Assembly (NCBI GenBank): GCA_963674945.2
Contig: CAXXWQ010000001.1
Location: 224,001-288,000 of the forward strand
Direction: 5' to 3'
Origin: an uncultured Desulfosarcina sp.
Lineage (GTDB): Bacteria > Desulfobacterota > Desulfobacteria > Desulfobacterales > Desulfosarcinaceae
DNA length: 64,000 bases
Part shown: piece by piece, positions 53,949 through 64,000 of the stretch
How positions within the stretch are numbered: position 1 is the first letter of the stretch
How the letters are laid out: each line of letters begins with the position of its first letter
Made by a program: the position numbers and the translations under genes
Notes under the pieces: generated by a model
The model's input: the letters and a program-made list of their open reading frames with translations, nothing else
Databases searched by the model: none
Told to the model about the DNA's origin: nothing

Positions 53949-55913
53949 TCAGACTCTGAACTGTTTGACCATACGGTTCAATTCCTCGGCAAGATCGGAA
54001 AGTTTCCCGGAACTCTCGTTGACCTGGCCGCTGGCGTCGGTCATTTCTCCAGCGGCTTGGGTGACGTCCGCGATATCCGCCGTAATGGAGGCGGCCGCCT
54101 TGGCCCCTTCGCCGATGGTGGTGGTGACCTCGCCCACGCCTTCCGATGCCCGGGCCACATTGCCGGCGATATCCTTTGTGGTGACCGATTGCTCTTCCAC
54201 GGCTGCGGCAATGGTGGAGACCACCTCATTGACCTGTTCTACGACCTCTGCGATGCTGCCGATTTCGATCACCGTATCCTGGGTGGAGTCCTGGATACCC
54301 TGGATCTGCTGCTTAATCTCGCCGGAGGCCACCGCCGTCTGTTTGGCCAACTCCTTGATCTCGTTGGCGACAACGGCAAATCCTTTTCCCGCTTCACCGG
54401 CACGGGCCGCCTCGATGGTAGCGTTGAGGGCCAGCAGGTTGACCTGCTCCGAGATTTCGGTGATGGTTTCGATTACCCTGTCGATCTGATTCGCGGCGTT
54501 TCCCAGTTCCTCGATTTTATTGGTGGCCTGTTTGGTCTGCCCCACCGCCTTTTCTGCGATCTGCCTGCCTCTTTCCGTGTTCCCGGCAATTTCGTTAATG
54601 GTGGCGGTCATCTCTTCGGCACCGGAAGCGACGATGTTCAGGTTACTGGACGTCTCCTCCATGATTGTCGCAGCGGTGGTTATGGTTCCACTCATCTGTT
54701 CGCTGGCACCGGCCACGGTTGTGGCTTTCCCGGAGGTCTGTTCGGCACTATCGCTCAGACTGCCGGCGATGGCGGCCAATTCCCTGGAAGAGACCGTAAG
54801 ATTCTCCGCGTTTTGGGAGACGTCAGAAATAATTCGCTGGATCTTTTCGATGAACGTATTGAACCAGCGCGCCAACTCTCCGACCTCATCTTTGCCGGTG
54901 ATGTCGATCCGTTTGGTGAGGTCACCGTCCCCCTCGGCAGCGTCCCGGAGACCTGAGACGACCTGATTGATGGGCTCGACCACCGTCGACGTGATGAAAT
55001 AGATCAAGACGGCGGCTACGGCGATTACCCCGACAGCGACCAGCAGGTTGATCTGCCCCAGACTTTTTACGGGCGATAGAATTTCAGCCTCGGGAACGTT
55101 TACGGCGATGATCCAGTCCTGGCCCTCGACTGTTTGAAATGCCACCCTTTTGGTTTCGCCTTCATCGGTAAAGTCGATGAGGCCACTTTTTTGGGCAAGC
55201 ATCTGTTTGCCGAAATCAAGCTCTCCGATGTTTTCCTTCATGATTTTGGATCTGTCGGGATGGGCGATGAGCATACCGGTCCTGTCCATTGCGAAGGCAT
55301 AACCGGAGTGGCCAACCTTGATATTCTCGATAAAGTGCTCGCTGAAATGGGCAATGCTCACGACCCCGAAAAGAACGCCTTTGACCTGTTTGTTGCTCCG
55401 TACCGGCGTGGCGACAAAAAAGACGGGATTGCCAGAGTTTCGACTGGCAGAAACTTCCGACACGTAGATATCACCGGCCATGGCAGCCTTAAAGTACTCA
55501 CGGTCCGTGACATTGATTTTGCCGATAATCGTATCCGTATTCGCCGCGATAACCAGGCCATCCTCCCCGGCCAGGCAGATGTCTTCATAGTAGCCATATT
55601 CAGCCTGCAGCCGGGCCAGTTTTTCATTGGCCGAGACACGCGCCGCTTTGCCGATGATGGACGATTTTGTCGCTTTGGCATAAATTTCATCGTGGGACCA
55701 GCTTTTCAGGTCGAGTTTGCGGTCCTTGATCCAGGAATAAAGGGTTGTCGCCGTTGAATCCGCCTGTTGTTTAATATTTTCCAGCAGCGCGGCACTCAAC
55801 GCGTTCTTGGATTTGACGTAGGAGACGGTTGCGGATACACCCATCCCGACGATGATCAGCAAGACGGTAGGGAGTAAGAATTTGTTGCGAATGTTCATTG
55901 TATCTTGGTCCAT
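53949..55913 (-). CDS. Methyl-accepting chemotaxis protein (dCache-HAMP-MCP)
   Basis: DREYFK and GYAFAMD..G.LIAHP dCache motifs; [50 protein letters not shown]. Confidence 0.94.
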   Translation of the reverse strand: MDQDTMNIRNKFLLPTVLLIIVGMGVSATVSYVKSKNALSAALLENIKQQADSTATTLYSWIKDRKLDLKSWSHDEIYAKATKSSIIGKAARVSANEKLARLQAEYGYYEDICLAGEDGLVIAANTDTIIGKINVTDREYFKAAMAGDIYVSEVSASRNSGNPVFFVATPVRSNKQVKGVLFGVVSIAHFSEHFIENIKVGHSGYAFAMDRTGMLIAHPDRSKIMKENIGELDFGKQMLAQKSGLIDFTDEGETKRVAFQTVEGQDWIIAVNVPEAEILSPVKSLGQINLLVAVGVIAVAAVLIYFITSTVVEPINQVVSGLRDAAEGDGDLTKRIDITGKDEVGELARWFNTFIEKIQRIISDVSQNAENLTVSSRELAAIAGSLSDSAEQTSGKATTVAGASEQMSGTITTAATIMEETSSNLNIVASGAEEMTATINEIAGNTERGRQIAEKAVGQTKQATNKIEELGNAANQIDRVIETITEISEQVNLLALNATIEAARAGEAGKGFAVVANEIKELAKQTAVASGEIKQQIQGIQDSTQDTVIEIGSIAEVVEQVNEVVSTIAAAVEEQSVTTKDIAGNVARASEGVGEVTTTIGEGAKAAASITADIADVTQAAGEMTDASGQVNESSGKLSDLAEELNRMVKQFRV

Positions 55914-55957
55914 TCCCTTTTTTATTAATGAAATGCAATTTGCCGTGTTTCCCTGTC

Positions 55958-56437
55958 TTATCGAAGCGTCTTGTTCAGGTCTTCGATTTTGTCCGTTTCG
56001 TTGTAGATGCCGGCGACCACGGTATACGGTGTACCCTCGACCTTGAGGGTGAAACTGACTTTGCGTGACGGTTCGGTCTCGCCCGGTTTGGGCCATTGAT
56101 ATTCGACCCACTTCCCTCCGGGGGTGTTGCCGGCAGCGCAAAGTTCTTCGTTGAAGGGGAATTTGTTCAGATCGACCCCCTTTAATTTATCCATGGCAAA
56201 GGGATGCGCCATCATCTGGCTGGGACAGTTCTGTACGAAGACGTAGGTGTCCTTATATACGAATTCACCTTTCGGGTCGTTGAATGCATCAAAAGAATCT
56301 TCCCCCAACGCCTTTACCACCTCGTATGCCTTTATCACCAATTCGTACACGTCTTCCGGGGTTGCCTTGCTTTCATCGGCGTATACCGGGGAAACGGAAA
56401 ACAGAATTATCATAGCCATCAAAAAAATGTTTTTCAT
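55958..56437 (-). CDS. Secreted stand-alone single Cache domain protein
   Basis: RBS ggagg; signal peptide; F...DTYVFV, MAHP, GKWVEYQWPKPG...KVSF and VVAGIY motifs. Confidence 0.85.
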   Translation of the reverse strand: MKNIFLMAMIILFSVSPVYADESKATPEDVYELVIKAYEVVKALGEDSFDAFNDPKGEFVYKDTYVFVQNCPSQMMAHPFAMDKLKGVDLNKFPFNEELCAAGNTPGGKWVEYQWPKPGETEPSRKVSFTLKVEGTPYTVVAGIYNETDKIEDLNKTLR

Positions 56438-56676
56438 GAACACCTCCAAATCAGCGTAGTCGATTCGACTACCGCACACGAATAAAAAATTGAACAATAA
56501 TTACTTTTTTACTAACCGTTACTAATTTTCGGACTATCCGATAGGATCTTTAGATCGGACAATAAAAAAGGGGAGGGGATTGAAAAAATCCGGAATAACA
56601 TGTCCCTCCGGGCAAGAGGAGACGTCGCAGGAAAGGTCTCGCCGAATGTATTTCAGAACTTGTCGCTCTGAACCGG

Positions 56677-57540
56677 TCACTGCTTTTTCGTGGAATTGAT
56701 CTTTTCATAGCGGCGACGCCCGATTTCCCGGGCCGCCTGGACATCCTGGCGGCATGCCTCTGCCTTGCGACCGGCCCAGTACATTGCCTCTTCCAGGTTC
56801 TTGCCGTATACGCCGCACCACATCAGGCCGGACATGGCGCCGGCACCGGCAGGATTGATGCAAAGGGAGGTAAGAAATGCGGTTTTGGCCTCCCGATAGC
56901 GCCGGTTGCGATAACACGCCCAGCCGTGGAGATCATGGGCCATGAAGGATTCCGGTGCGACGTCACATGCCTTTTCAAAGGGGAAAATGGCCAAGGATCC
57001 CTTCGCACCATAGGCGGAGAACAGATAAAATGCCTCCAACGCCCGCCCCACGGCATCCAGGCCAGCCTGGCCGATTCTTTCCGGCCAGAGGGCGGCGTTG
57101 ATCTGATTCGGCGTCATCGGACAATCCGTGGCATCGAGCATCTTTATGAATCCGAGACGAAAACCGACCAACCCATCTTCCATGGAGATGGAAATGTCAA
57201 CGGGACCATGGGTGTTATCCCTCCTCCTGGCGTCAAAAAAAGAAAGGGCCGCCGTATCATCGGCAAAGGTGCCACGGATCCAGAAACGAATCTTCTGGGT
57301 ACCGCTGATCCGGGTGAGGTCGAGATCGATCGCCGCATTACGGCAATATTTCTCAAACCGCTGTTTTTGGGGAAAGATTTTCTCGACCCGCCAACCAAAC
57401 CACATTTCTTTCAGTCCACTGTGCAGCACCAGGACGTTTCCCAGCAAAAAGTGGAGGGCAAGGCCGCTTCCCGTAAACGGATGTGAACCCTTCGGTTGAA
57501 AGGGGAGAACGATGCATTGATCGAAGGGAGTTGATGTCAT
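56677..57540 (-). CDS. Hypothetical protein with C-terminal TPR-like repeats
   Basis: RBS aagga; FEKACDVAP..FMAHDLHGW..Y..A..AF..SL.INP helical pattern. Confidence 0.7.
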   Translation of the reverse strand: MTSTPFDQCIVLPFQPKGSHPFTGSGLALHFLLGNVLVLHSGLKEMWFGWRVEKIFPQKQRFEKYCRNAAIDLDLTRISGTQKIRFWIRGTFADDTAALSFFDARRRDNTHGPVDISISMEDGLVGFRLGFIKMLDATDCPMTPNQINAALWPERIGQAGLDAVGRALEAFYLFSAYGAKGSLAIFPFEKACDVAPESFMAHDLHGWACYRNRRYREAKTAFLTSLCINPAGAGAMSGLMWCGVYGKNLEEAMYWAGRKAEACRQDVQAAREIGRRRYEKINSTKKQ

Positions 57541-57690
57541 TGCAGATTCCTTTATGGGAATTTGGATCGTCGGATCGTCCAAAAGGCGGGGACACTGAAA
57601 ACGGATACCACATTTTGGTGCCATGCGCCATCGGTGCTTTTTCCCGTTGGTCGATTGCATCCGCCAACACTTTGTTTTATAAAAATATCC

Positions 57691-59253
57691 ATGAACACCC
57701 TATTCTTGGATAAGGATCGGCTCTCCATCGAGGAACTGGTGGACGTGGCCCGTTTCAACCGAAAGGTCGCCGTCTCCGCCGATGGAGAAAATCGCGTGGC
57801 CCGCACCAGTGCACTGATCGAGCGATGGGTCAAGGAGAAGCGCGTCATTTACGGCATCACCACCGGCTTCGGCGCGCTTTGCAACGTGACCATCTCTGCC
57901 AGGGATGCCCGGCGGCTGCAGGAGAATATCCTGATGAGCCATGCCGCGGGCACGGGGAATCCCCTGCCTGTACCGGTGGTTCGGGCGATCATGGCCTTGC
58001 GGATTCACGATCTGTGCATGGGGTATTCCGGTTGCCGCATGGAAACCATCCGATATCTGGTGGATCTGCTCAACCATCAGGTGACGCCCGTAGTGCCGGA
58101 AAAGGGGTCGGTGGGGGCCAGCGGCGATCTGGCGCCAACGGCGCATCTGGGACTGGTTCTCATCGGCAAGGGTGAGGCCTTCCAACGTGGACGGCGCATA
58201 TCCGGTACCGAGGCCCTCGACGGAATCGGGCGTCCTCCCGCAAAACTTGCTCCAGGAGAGGGGTTGGCACTGATCAACGGTACCCAGGTGATGACGGCCA
58301 TCGGTGCCCTCGTGGTCCACGATGCCGTTCGGCTTTCCAAAATTTCGGATATTGCCTGCGCCATGACCCTGGAGGTACTCATGGGGTCCAACAGCGAGTT
58401 CGACCCCCGCATCCACCAGATCCGCCCCCACCCGGGGCAGATCGTGACGGCGGACAACATGCTTCGCCTTACGGCCGACAGCCAGATCATCCATTCTCAC
58501 GAGGGGTGTGCCCGGGTTCAGGATGCCTATACCCTGCGTTGCTCTCCACAGATACACGGCGCCAGCAAGGATGCGGTGGCACATTGTCGCCGGGTGATCG
58601 ACATCGAACTCAATTCCACCACCACCAATCCGCTGATTTTTGCCGATACCGAAGAGGTACGCCTGGGAGGGAATTTCCATGGCCAGCCCGTTGCCATGGC
58701 CGCCGATTACCTTTCCATGGGATTGGCCGAGTTGGGCAGCGTCTCGGAACGGCGCATCGAGCGCATGGTCAATCCGCAGCTGAGTGAACTTCCCGCATTC
58801 CTCATCAACCAGGGCGGTATCAATTCCGGCTATATGATCGGCCAATACGCCGCTGCCGCACTGGTATCGGAAAACAAAGTGCTGTCCCATCCGGCCTGCG
58901 TGGACTCCATTCCCACCTCTGCCAACAAGGAAGACCATGTCAGCATGGGCACCATTGCCATTCGTCAAAGCGCTGAAATTCTATCGAATGTGGAAAATAT
59001 TATCGCCATGGAGTTGCTTTGCGCGGCACAGGCCTTTGATTTGCTCACCGAGATCCGACCCCTTACCGCAGGTAAAGGGACCCGTGCGGCGTACACTGTG
59101 ATTCGTCGGCATGTGCCGTACATGGACCGCGATCGGGAATTATACAGGGACATGGAGACCATGGTAACCGTGCTGCGATCCAATGAAATCCTCGATGCGG
59201 TGGAAGAGATGGTGGGACCGATACGTCTGGAGGCGCACATTAAAGATCGGTAA
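57691..59253 (+). CDS. hutH: Histidine ammonia-lyase
   Basis: YGITTGFG, HAL-type SH in ILMSHAAG, MIO-forming GASGDLAP, EGLALINGT, QDAYTLRC, GNFHG and EDHVSMG motifs. Confidence 0.92.
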   Translation: MNTLFLDKDRLSIEELVDVARFNRKVAVSADGENRVARTSALIERWVKEKRVIYGITTGFGALCNVTISARDARRLQENILMSHAAGTGNPLPVPVVRAIMALRIHDLCMGYSGCRMETIRYLVDLLNHQVTPVVPEKGSVGASGDLAPTAHLGLVLIGKGEAFQRGRRISGTEALDGIGRPPAKLAPGEGLALINGTQVMTAIGALVVHDAVRLSKISDIACAMTLEVLMGSNSEFDPRIHQIRPHPGQIVTADNMLRLTADSQIIHSHEGCARVQDAYTLRCSPQIHGASKDAVAHCRRVIDIELNSTTTNPLIFADTEEVRLGGNFHGQPVAMAADYLSMGLAELGSVSERRIERMVNPQLSELPAFLINQGGINSGYMIGQYAAAALVSENKVLSHPACVDSIPTSANKEDHVSMGTIAIRQSAEILSNVENIIAMELLCAAQAFDLLTEIRPLTAGKGTRAAYTVIRRHVPYMDRDRELYRDMETMVTVLRSNEILDAVEEMVGPIRLEAHIKDR

Positions 59254-59463
59254 CCCAATACCCGATAAGGACTCTCGGTTACGAAACGGTTGAATTGCCC
59301 CAGATGGCTTGTGCGCAGGTCTGTATACTAACATATTGACCCGTACCACCTTGATTGTTATGGGTAAATAACGAATTTTTATGGGCGCCGGCCTTGTCAC
59401 GGAAAAAGGGGACCGTTTCGATCCACGCATGCGAATCCATCTTCAGGATGAGATGAACAAAAT

Positions 59464-61257
59464 ATGGAAGATACCGATCAATCACCGTTCATTATTTCCG
59501 ACGATCCACCCAAATCCGAGAATGTCGGGGAGGGGGTTCCCAACCGATATGCCATCAAGGATCAGGGGGCGGATCGTATGCTCACCTGCAGAGATACCCC
59601 GAACTTGCAGGTCCTCATCAAACAAGGGCTCACATTCACCGCTTCCGCCGCCAAAAAATCCTCTCCGGGGACGATCTATCTGGACGGCGTCGCACAGGTT
59701 GAACCGTTTCTGGATCATGAGAAACAGGTGTACAACCTGGACCACCACGAAGGTTGTGTCCGTTCTTTCACGATGGCAACCTGCGAACAGGCATTGATTA
59801 TATGCTTGAAGGGATTGGATCTTCGAGACAGGGAGTGGAAGATTTTTGCCAACGAACCCGATCTGGATACGATCCTGTCCATCTGGATACTTCTGAATCA
59901 TCAGCGTGTCAACAACCGCGAAGCAATCAACCGTCGTTCCCTGTTCGCCCTGGTCCGATTGGAAGGCGTTATCGATGCCATAGGCCTCGAATTCAAGGAG
60001 GTCAGCGGTTTTCCCGAAGATCTTCTCAAGAAATTGATGCGGCTTATCGATCATCTTCGCAGCGAGGAGCTGGCACTGAAAAAAGCCGGCGAATGGTCCA
60101 AGGCCGATTTCCCTGAATATACGATCCGTGTGCTGAGAAAACTGGATCAGTATCTGATTAAATCCGGAGAGTTGGATGACTTCAAGGGGGTAGAGGAGCT
60201 TGCACGGATCGAACTTACCAACAACCGTATTGCCGTGGTGGTGGCTTCGGATTTGGGCATCTATGAGTTGGAACCCCACCTGGGCAAGTTGTACGGCAAT
60301 CGACTGGGATGGGTGGCGCTGCGTCGGGATGAAAACAACTACACATTGCGGCAGGTGGACATGTTCATGGCGGTCAACCTGGACGATGTGTATCAGCGGT
60401 TGAACTTCATGGACCCGGCGGTCAAGGGGCGCACGGAAGGCGCTCGCTGGGGTGGTTCCGGTGACATCGGCGGATCTCCCAGGGATATCGGTACGGGGCT
60501 GTCGCCCCAGGAAATCGTTTCGGCATGCCGGGACGCCATCGAAAAACGAAGTGACATTCGCCACATCAAGCGGTTTCTGGCCAGTACCGCAGTCACCATG
60601 TTGATCGTCATCGCTGCCATCGCCACCGGACAGAACTGGCAACCGGAGAACTGGTTCGGCCTGACGATCCTCAGTAGGTGTGCGCAGAGTACTCTTTTCG
60701 GGTTCCACACGGCGCTATTGGTGTTCACCCTGTTGATGCTCTTGGTGGTGGCCTTTCACCGTCCCTGGCAATTCGGCCTCATGCTTCCCGCCGGCAAAGA
60801 CTGGAGGCGGTTGCTGCCTTTTGCCGTCGTCTGCGGATTGACCGGGGATCTGCTGACACCCGGCTATGAAATGTTCGTTCACGATTCGAACATGGCCTGG
60901 ATGCTTGCCCTGCTCCTCATACCCGCCAGCCTGGAGTTATTGTTCCGTGGGTTGGTCCATGGCATGATGGCGCAACTGGCGACGATACAGGACAGTGAGA
61001 GCCGGTGGTTTTTTTCCGGGCCGACCATCGGTTCTTCCATTTTGTACGGCATCACCATGGGGCTCCAGATGACGATGATGTCCGGCGATCCGCTGTCCGT
61101 CTTGACCAGCGCCGCACTGATCAAATACACGGTGGTGGCCATCATCTTCGGCCTCGGTGCCGGTATGATCCGGGAACGCTCCCACAGTCTCTTTCCGGCG
61201 CTGTTATTTCACGCCATGGCCGTCGCCACTTCCTTGCTGGTCTACGGCCCGGCTTAA
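59464..61257 (+). CDS. Uncharacterised protein: DHH-like soluble domain plus C-terminal CPBP/Abi-like membrane domain
   Basis: YLDG..NLDHHEG..PDLD, WGGS..IGGSPR; C-terminal TMs with LELLFRG and RERSHSL..ALLFH. Confidence 0.7.
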   Translation: MEDTDQSPFIISDDPPKSENVGEGVPNRYAIKDQGADRMLTCRDTPNLQVLIKQGLTFTASAAKKSSPGTIYLDGVAQVEPFLDHEKQVYNLDHHEGCVRSFTMATCEQALIICLKGLDLRDREWKIFANEPDLDTILSIWILLNHQRVNNREAINRRSLFALVRLEGVIDAIGLEFKEVSGFPEDLLKKLMRLIDHLRSEELALKKAGEWSKADFPEYTIRVLRKLDQYLIKSGELDDFKGVEELARIELTNNRIAVVVASDLGIYELEPHLGKLYGNRLGWVALRRDENNYTLRQVDMFMAVNLDDVYQRLNFMDPAVKGRTEGARWGGSGDIGGSPRDIGTGLSPQEIVSACRDAIEKRSDIRHIKRFLASTAVTMLIVIAAIATGQNWQPENWFGLTILSRCAQSTLFGFHTALLVFTLLMLLVVAFHRPWQFGLMLPAGKDWRRLLPFAVVCGLTGDLLTPGYEMFVHDSNMAWMLALLLIPASLELLFRGLVHGMMAQLATIQDSESRWFFSGPTIGSSILYGITMGLQMTMMSGDPLSVLTSAALIKYTVVAIIFGLGAGMIRERSHSLFPALLFHAMAVATSLLVYGPA

Positions 61258-61261
61258 CAAT

Positions 61262-62875
61262 TTATTTTCCCACCGAATAGAATTCATTATGAAGTCCCTT
61301 GGTGGCCACCGCAAATCGTCCCGCGATGCACACCGCCGCCATGGCCGCGGTGCCTTGAATCATTTCGGGAAGGGAGATCTGCCGGTTGAAATCACCCAAA
61401 TGGGGTCCGCTGGTGATGAGGATATCTCTTTCTCCACGATGCAATCCCTTGATTTGCCGTTCGTCATATCCCCGCGTCTTCAAAAAAGCGGAAAATTCTT
61501 CGTCGGTTAACGCGTTCTGGTCGGTTCGGCGCAACAATTCTGTCATGTACCGGTCGACGCCCATCTCTTCGATCATGCGATCGGCGAGTCGATTAAGGTC
61601 CACAGGAGGCCTGGGAACGGTTGTTGTTTCCACGAACCCCTCATAGTAGCCGGTAAATATTTCCCGGATCATCTTTTTCAAGGTGTCCCGATCGAAAAGC
61701 CCCCTGGCATCCACGGGATTCCCCTTTTCATCGATTCCCGCGCGGGACCTGTCCCGACATCGGAAGTGACTGCCGGCAACCAGCAGCAGACTGAAAAAAT
61801 GCGTACACACATGGCGGTAGAGGTTACGGCCATGGTCGCATATGGTCGCAAGATGCTCGAAGTCCCGAAGGCCGGAGAGGCCGAAGTTAGGGAAATCACA
61901 CGATTCCAACCATTGATCCAGTCTTCCGGCACGAAACCATTGGTAACGCCCCTGGTCTTCGCGGCGCAATCGTTGGGTGCGGTTGTGAAACAAGGGGATG
62001 GGGGCGTCGTGGATGATCCCTCTGGCGGCAAGCCGTCCCAATAGAAAGGCACTTCTTCTCAGTATCTCCTTGGCAAAGGGTGTCTTCATCAAAGGATCAT
62101 TGGGGTAGACGAAATAGTCCCTGTGGGCCAAGAACCCGATGGCCAATCTTTCCGGGTGCAGTGCACTCTCCATGGGAGGGCGGATCGGAAGACGGGTGAT
62201 GCAAAAAACCATGCGGTTCTGGATTCGTATGGGGGTGGGGATGTCGAACCGGCAATCGACTGTGAAATCGGGCTTTTTGAGCATTTCCATCCATCGGATC
62301 TCGTTGGCCAGGGCAGAGATTGGTTCCGATTGCTTCGCCAGTTTGATGACCAGTACCCGGTTGGATTGCGGTATCGACGCCACCAGGCTTCGCCCCACAT
62401 AACGTGGGTTATCAGCCGAAACGAGCCCATTTGCTTTTATGAGACGCTCCCAGGAGATCGTAGGGTGCGAAGAGATGGGACCGATCGTGAGGCGTGGCCC
62501 CGTGATTCGAACCGGCAGGCTGCCCAGCGCCTCGGCGATGCCCCGATGTGCGCTGCCGTCCGTTTGCCGGAGCAGTTCGACCAACGAGGCAAGTGCTGTG
62601 GCTCCCAATCCGTCGGTCTCCGGGGAGACTGCAAGATCGGTCAGAATCTTCGCCACCTCACGGAAAAGAAAATAGGACTGGCGTGCGTTTTCATGGTCGT
62701 TTGACACCAACAGTCGCGCCGCGGTTTCGACGGTCCGTTCATCCATGACGCCCGGATGCTTTTGTGCCAATCGACGAAGGTCGGCCACGGCGTGGTATGT
62801 CGCGATAAAATCGAAACTGGGATCAAGCAGGGCCGATAGGGCCTGCTTTTTCAGGGTGTGTGCATAAGTGGGCAT
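61262..62875 (-). CDS. SidJ-related pseudokinase
   Basis: VLVIK..E..LANE; PLFHN..RREDQGRY..GRLDQW..PNF..SGLRDFE; C-terminal HLGDFN; recognised from memory of Legionella SidJ motifs. Confidence 0.75.
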   Translation of the reverse strand: MPTYAHTLKKQALSALLDPSFDFIATYHAVADLRRLAQKHPGVMDERTVETAARLLVSNDHENARQSYFLFREVAKILTDLAVSPETDGLGATALASLVELLRQTDGSAHRGIAEALGSLPVRITGPRLTIGPISSHPTISWERLIKANGLVSADNPRYVGRSLVASIPQSNRVLVIKLAKQSEPISALANEIRWMEMLKKPDFTVDCRFDIPTPIRIQNRMVFCITRLPIRPPMESALHPERLAIGFLAHRDYFVYPNDPLMKTPFAKEILRRSAFLLGRLAARGIIHDAPIPLFHNRTQRLRREDQGRYQWFRAGRLDQWLESCDFPNFGLSGLRDFEHLATICDHGRNLYRHVCTHFFSLLLVAGSHFRCRDRSRAGIDEKGNPVDARGLFDRDTLKKMIREIFTGYYEGFVETTTVPRPPVDLNRLADRMIEEMGVDRYMTELLRRTDQNALTDEEFSAFLKTRGYDERQIKGLHRGERDILITSGPHLGDFNRQISLPEMIQGTAAMAAVCIAGRFAVATKGLHNEFYSVGK

Positions 62876-62883
62876 ACAATCAA

Positions 62884-63037
62884 TGACGGCTCCGTAAAAA
62901 GTCCGATATCTGCGTTACGCTTCACCCCTCGTCACTGTAACGTATCCAACCATACGCCTCATTCCTCGGGGTTCGCAATCCTTGATCTCGAACTTTTTAC
63001 GAAGCCGTCCAGAAGATGCACTTTTACGAGTTCATCA
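62884..63037. mobile_element. Inverted-repeat element, copy 3
   Basis: GACGGCTCCGTAAAAAGTCC...ACTTTTTACGAAGCCGTC (63009) plus half-site cttttacgagttcatca; interior closely matches copy 1. Confidence 0.8.
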
Positions 63038-63078
63038 ATCATTGGTTCAAACAGGAGAGACAGCACCGGAAAAGGCAC

Positions 63079-63687
63079 CTACAGCTTCAGAATCTCTCTC
63101 ATTTCCATTAGATGGTCGATATGGTGATCGGCCGCAAGGTCTTTGTTCCGGTATGCCACGAACACAACCCTGGCACCGGCGGCCGCCATTTCATCCACTT
63201 GAGAGTCACCCACGTAGACCATCTGTTCGGGTGAGATGGAAAAGTGTTCGATGATTTTTTCCAGGGCCTCGGGATGCGGTTTGGGAAATTGGACATCCCG
63301 GGCGGTAACCACAAGGTCGAACAGGTGTCCGATTTTGTTGTCGGACAGAACGCGCTCCATGGTATCGGTCCGGTTGGTGGCAACCGCCGTCTTCAGTCTT
63401 GGCCGAAGGGTCTCCAACAGAGGGACCAGTCCCGGCTCCATCTCCATGTATTGCAAAAATGGCAGATAGCCGACCTGCTTGCGGTATTCATGTGCCAGTG
63501 CACGGGTCGTTTCTTCGGGAAAGAGCCGGGTCAGCACCTCATCCACGGTATGCATGTGGGCATAGGACAGTTGATCCGGCGTCATGGCCGGTTTCCCGAA
63601 ATGTTCCAGCAGATGATTGTAATACGCTTTGTTGGCCTTGCGGGACTCGAACATTACGCCGTCACAATCAAGGGCGACGACTTTCAT
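63079..63687 (-). CDS. HAD-superfamily hydrolase (phosphoglycolate phosphatase-like)
   Basis: DCDGVM motif I, ATN motif II, KPHPE, YVGDS..D. Confidence 0.9.
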   Translation of the reverse strand: MKVVALDCDGVMFESRKANKAYYNHLLEHFGKPAMTPDQLSYAHMHTVDEVLTRLFPEETTRALAHEYRKQVGYLPFLQYMEMEPGLVPLLETLRPRLKTAVATNRTDTMERVLSDNKIGHLFDLVVTARDVQFPKPHPEALEKIIEHFSISPEQMVYVGDSQVDEMAAAGARVVFVAYRNKDLAADHHIDHLMEMREILKL

Positions 63688-63712
63688 TTTACCGTCCAAG
63701 TTTCCAGCTTTA

Positions 63713-64000
63713 CTACCCATTACCGTCGCCTTTTTGGGGCATCCAAGATCCCTGTTGGTTTGCTTTTGGGATGATCTGCCCGTATACCGGAACACGGATG
63801 GTCGGTTTGATTTTGCTGTCCGTGGTCAAAAAGATCGTGTCCGCATAGCGACCGGCCTCGGTCTTTTTATTCTTGATGGTGAGGACATACCCTTCGGCGT
63901 CCCTCCTGGTGAAGGGGGTCAGATCGAATTCGATATCCTTCCCGTTTCTCGCCTTGGCCGAAAGAATCTTGAACGGGTAGTTCTTTTCCAGCGTGATGGT
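63713..64000 (-). CDS. C-terminal part of an Ig-like (DUF1573-associated type) protein, truncated by the window edge
   Basis: Hand translation: ..YPFKILSAKARNGKDI..YVLTIKNKK..GRYADTIFLTTDSKIKPTIRVPVYGQI..; TAG stop at 63713-63715. Confidence 0.65.
   Translation of the reverse strand, partial: TITLEKNYPFKILSAKARNGKDIEFDLTPFTRRDAEGYVLTIKNKKTEAGRYADTIFLTTDSKIKPTIRVPVYGQIIPKANQQGSWMPQKGDGNG

Noticed and set aside
57691..59253. Phenylalanine/tyrosine ammonia-lyase of a secondary-metabolite pathway
   Set aside because: It has the histidase-type SH specificity motif and no biosynthetic cluster nearby.

Overview
This is a gene-dense bacterial chromosomal window. Gene content (bacterioferritin, single-chain PFOR, DsrE/TusA sulfur carriers, sigma-54-like promoters) suggests an anaerobic Desulfobacterota / Desulfosarcina-like organism (inference). 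I saw no prophage, CRISPR array or transposase. Main blocks: (1) 566-13103, a co-directional cluster of a GshB-like ATP-grasp ligase, a complete peptide ABC importer, a class III cyclase with guanylyl-cyclase-type residues, a secreted FGE-fold protein and an NTT/TLC-transporter-HEAT-cNMP fusion; (2) CitE-like lyase, bacterioferritin, TonB receptor plus YfiR, LUD protein, EamA transporter, a truncated cyclase, a hybrid kinase, class II photolyase, DUF192 and LarB; (3) central metabolism: PFOR, CoA-transferase-GNAT fusion, ADP-forming acetate-CoA ligase, fumarase; (4) a sigma-54-like promoter and c-di-GMP-I riboswitch ahead of a large repeat surface protein, then an LRR protein; (5) a YeeE-TusA-DsrE/F/H-like sulfur relay cluster; (6) acyl-CoA synthetase, hydantoinase-family protein, tRNA-Val(CAC), CysQ, a second cyclase, an MCP with a free Cache protein, HutH, a DHH-like/CPBP-like fusion, a SidJ-related pseudokinase and a HAD hydrolase. 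Three copies of a ~150-175 bp inverted-repeat element lie in intergenic regions. Best novelty candidates are the ATP-grasp/ABC/putative cGMP cluster, the SidJ-like pseudokinase and the apparently inactive CoA-transferase fused to a GNAT. All family calls come from reading motifs by eye; no database search was run.
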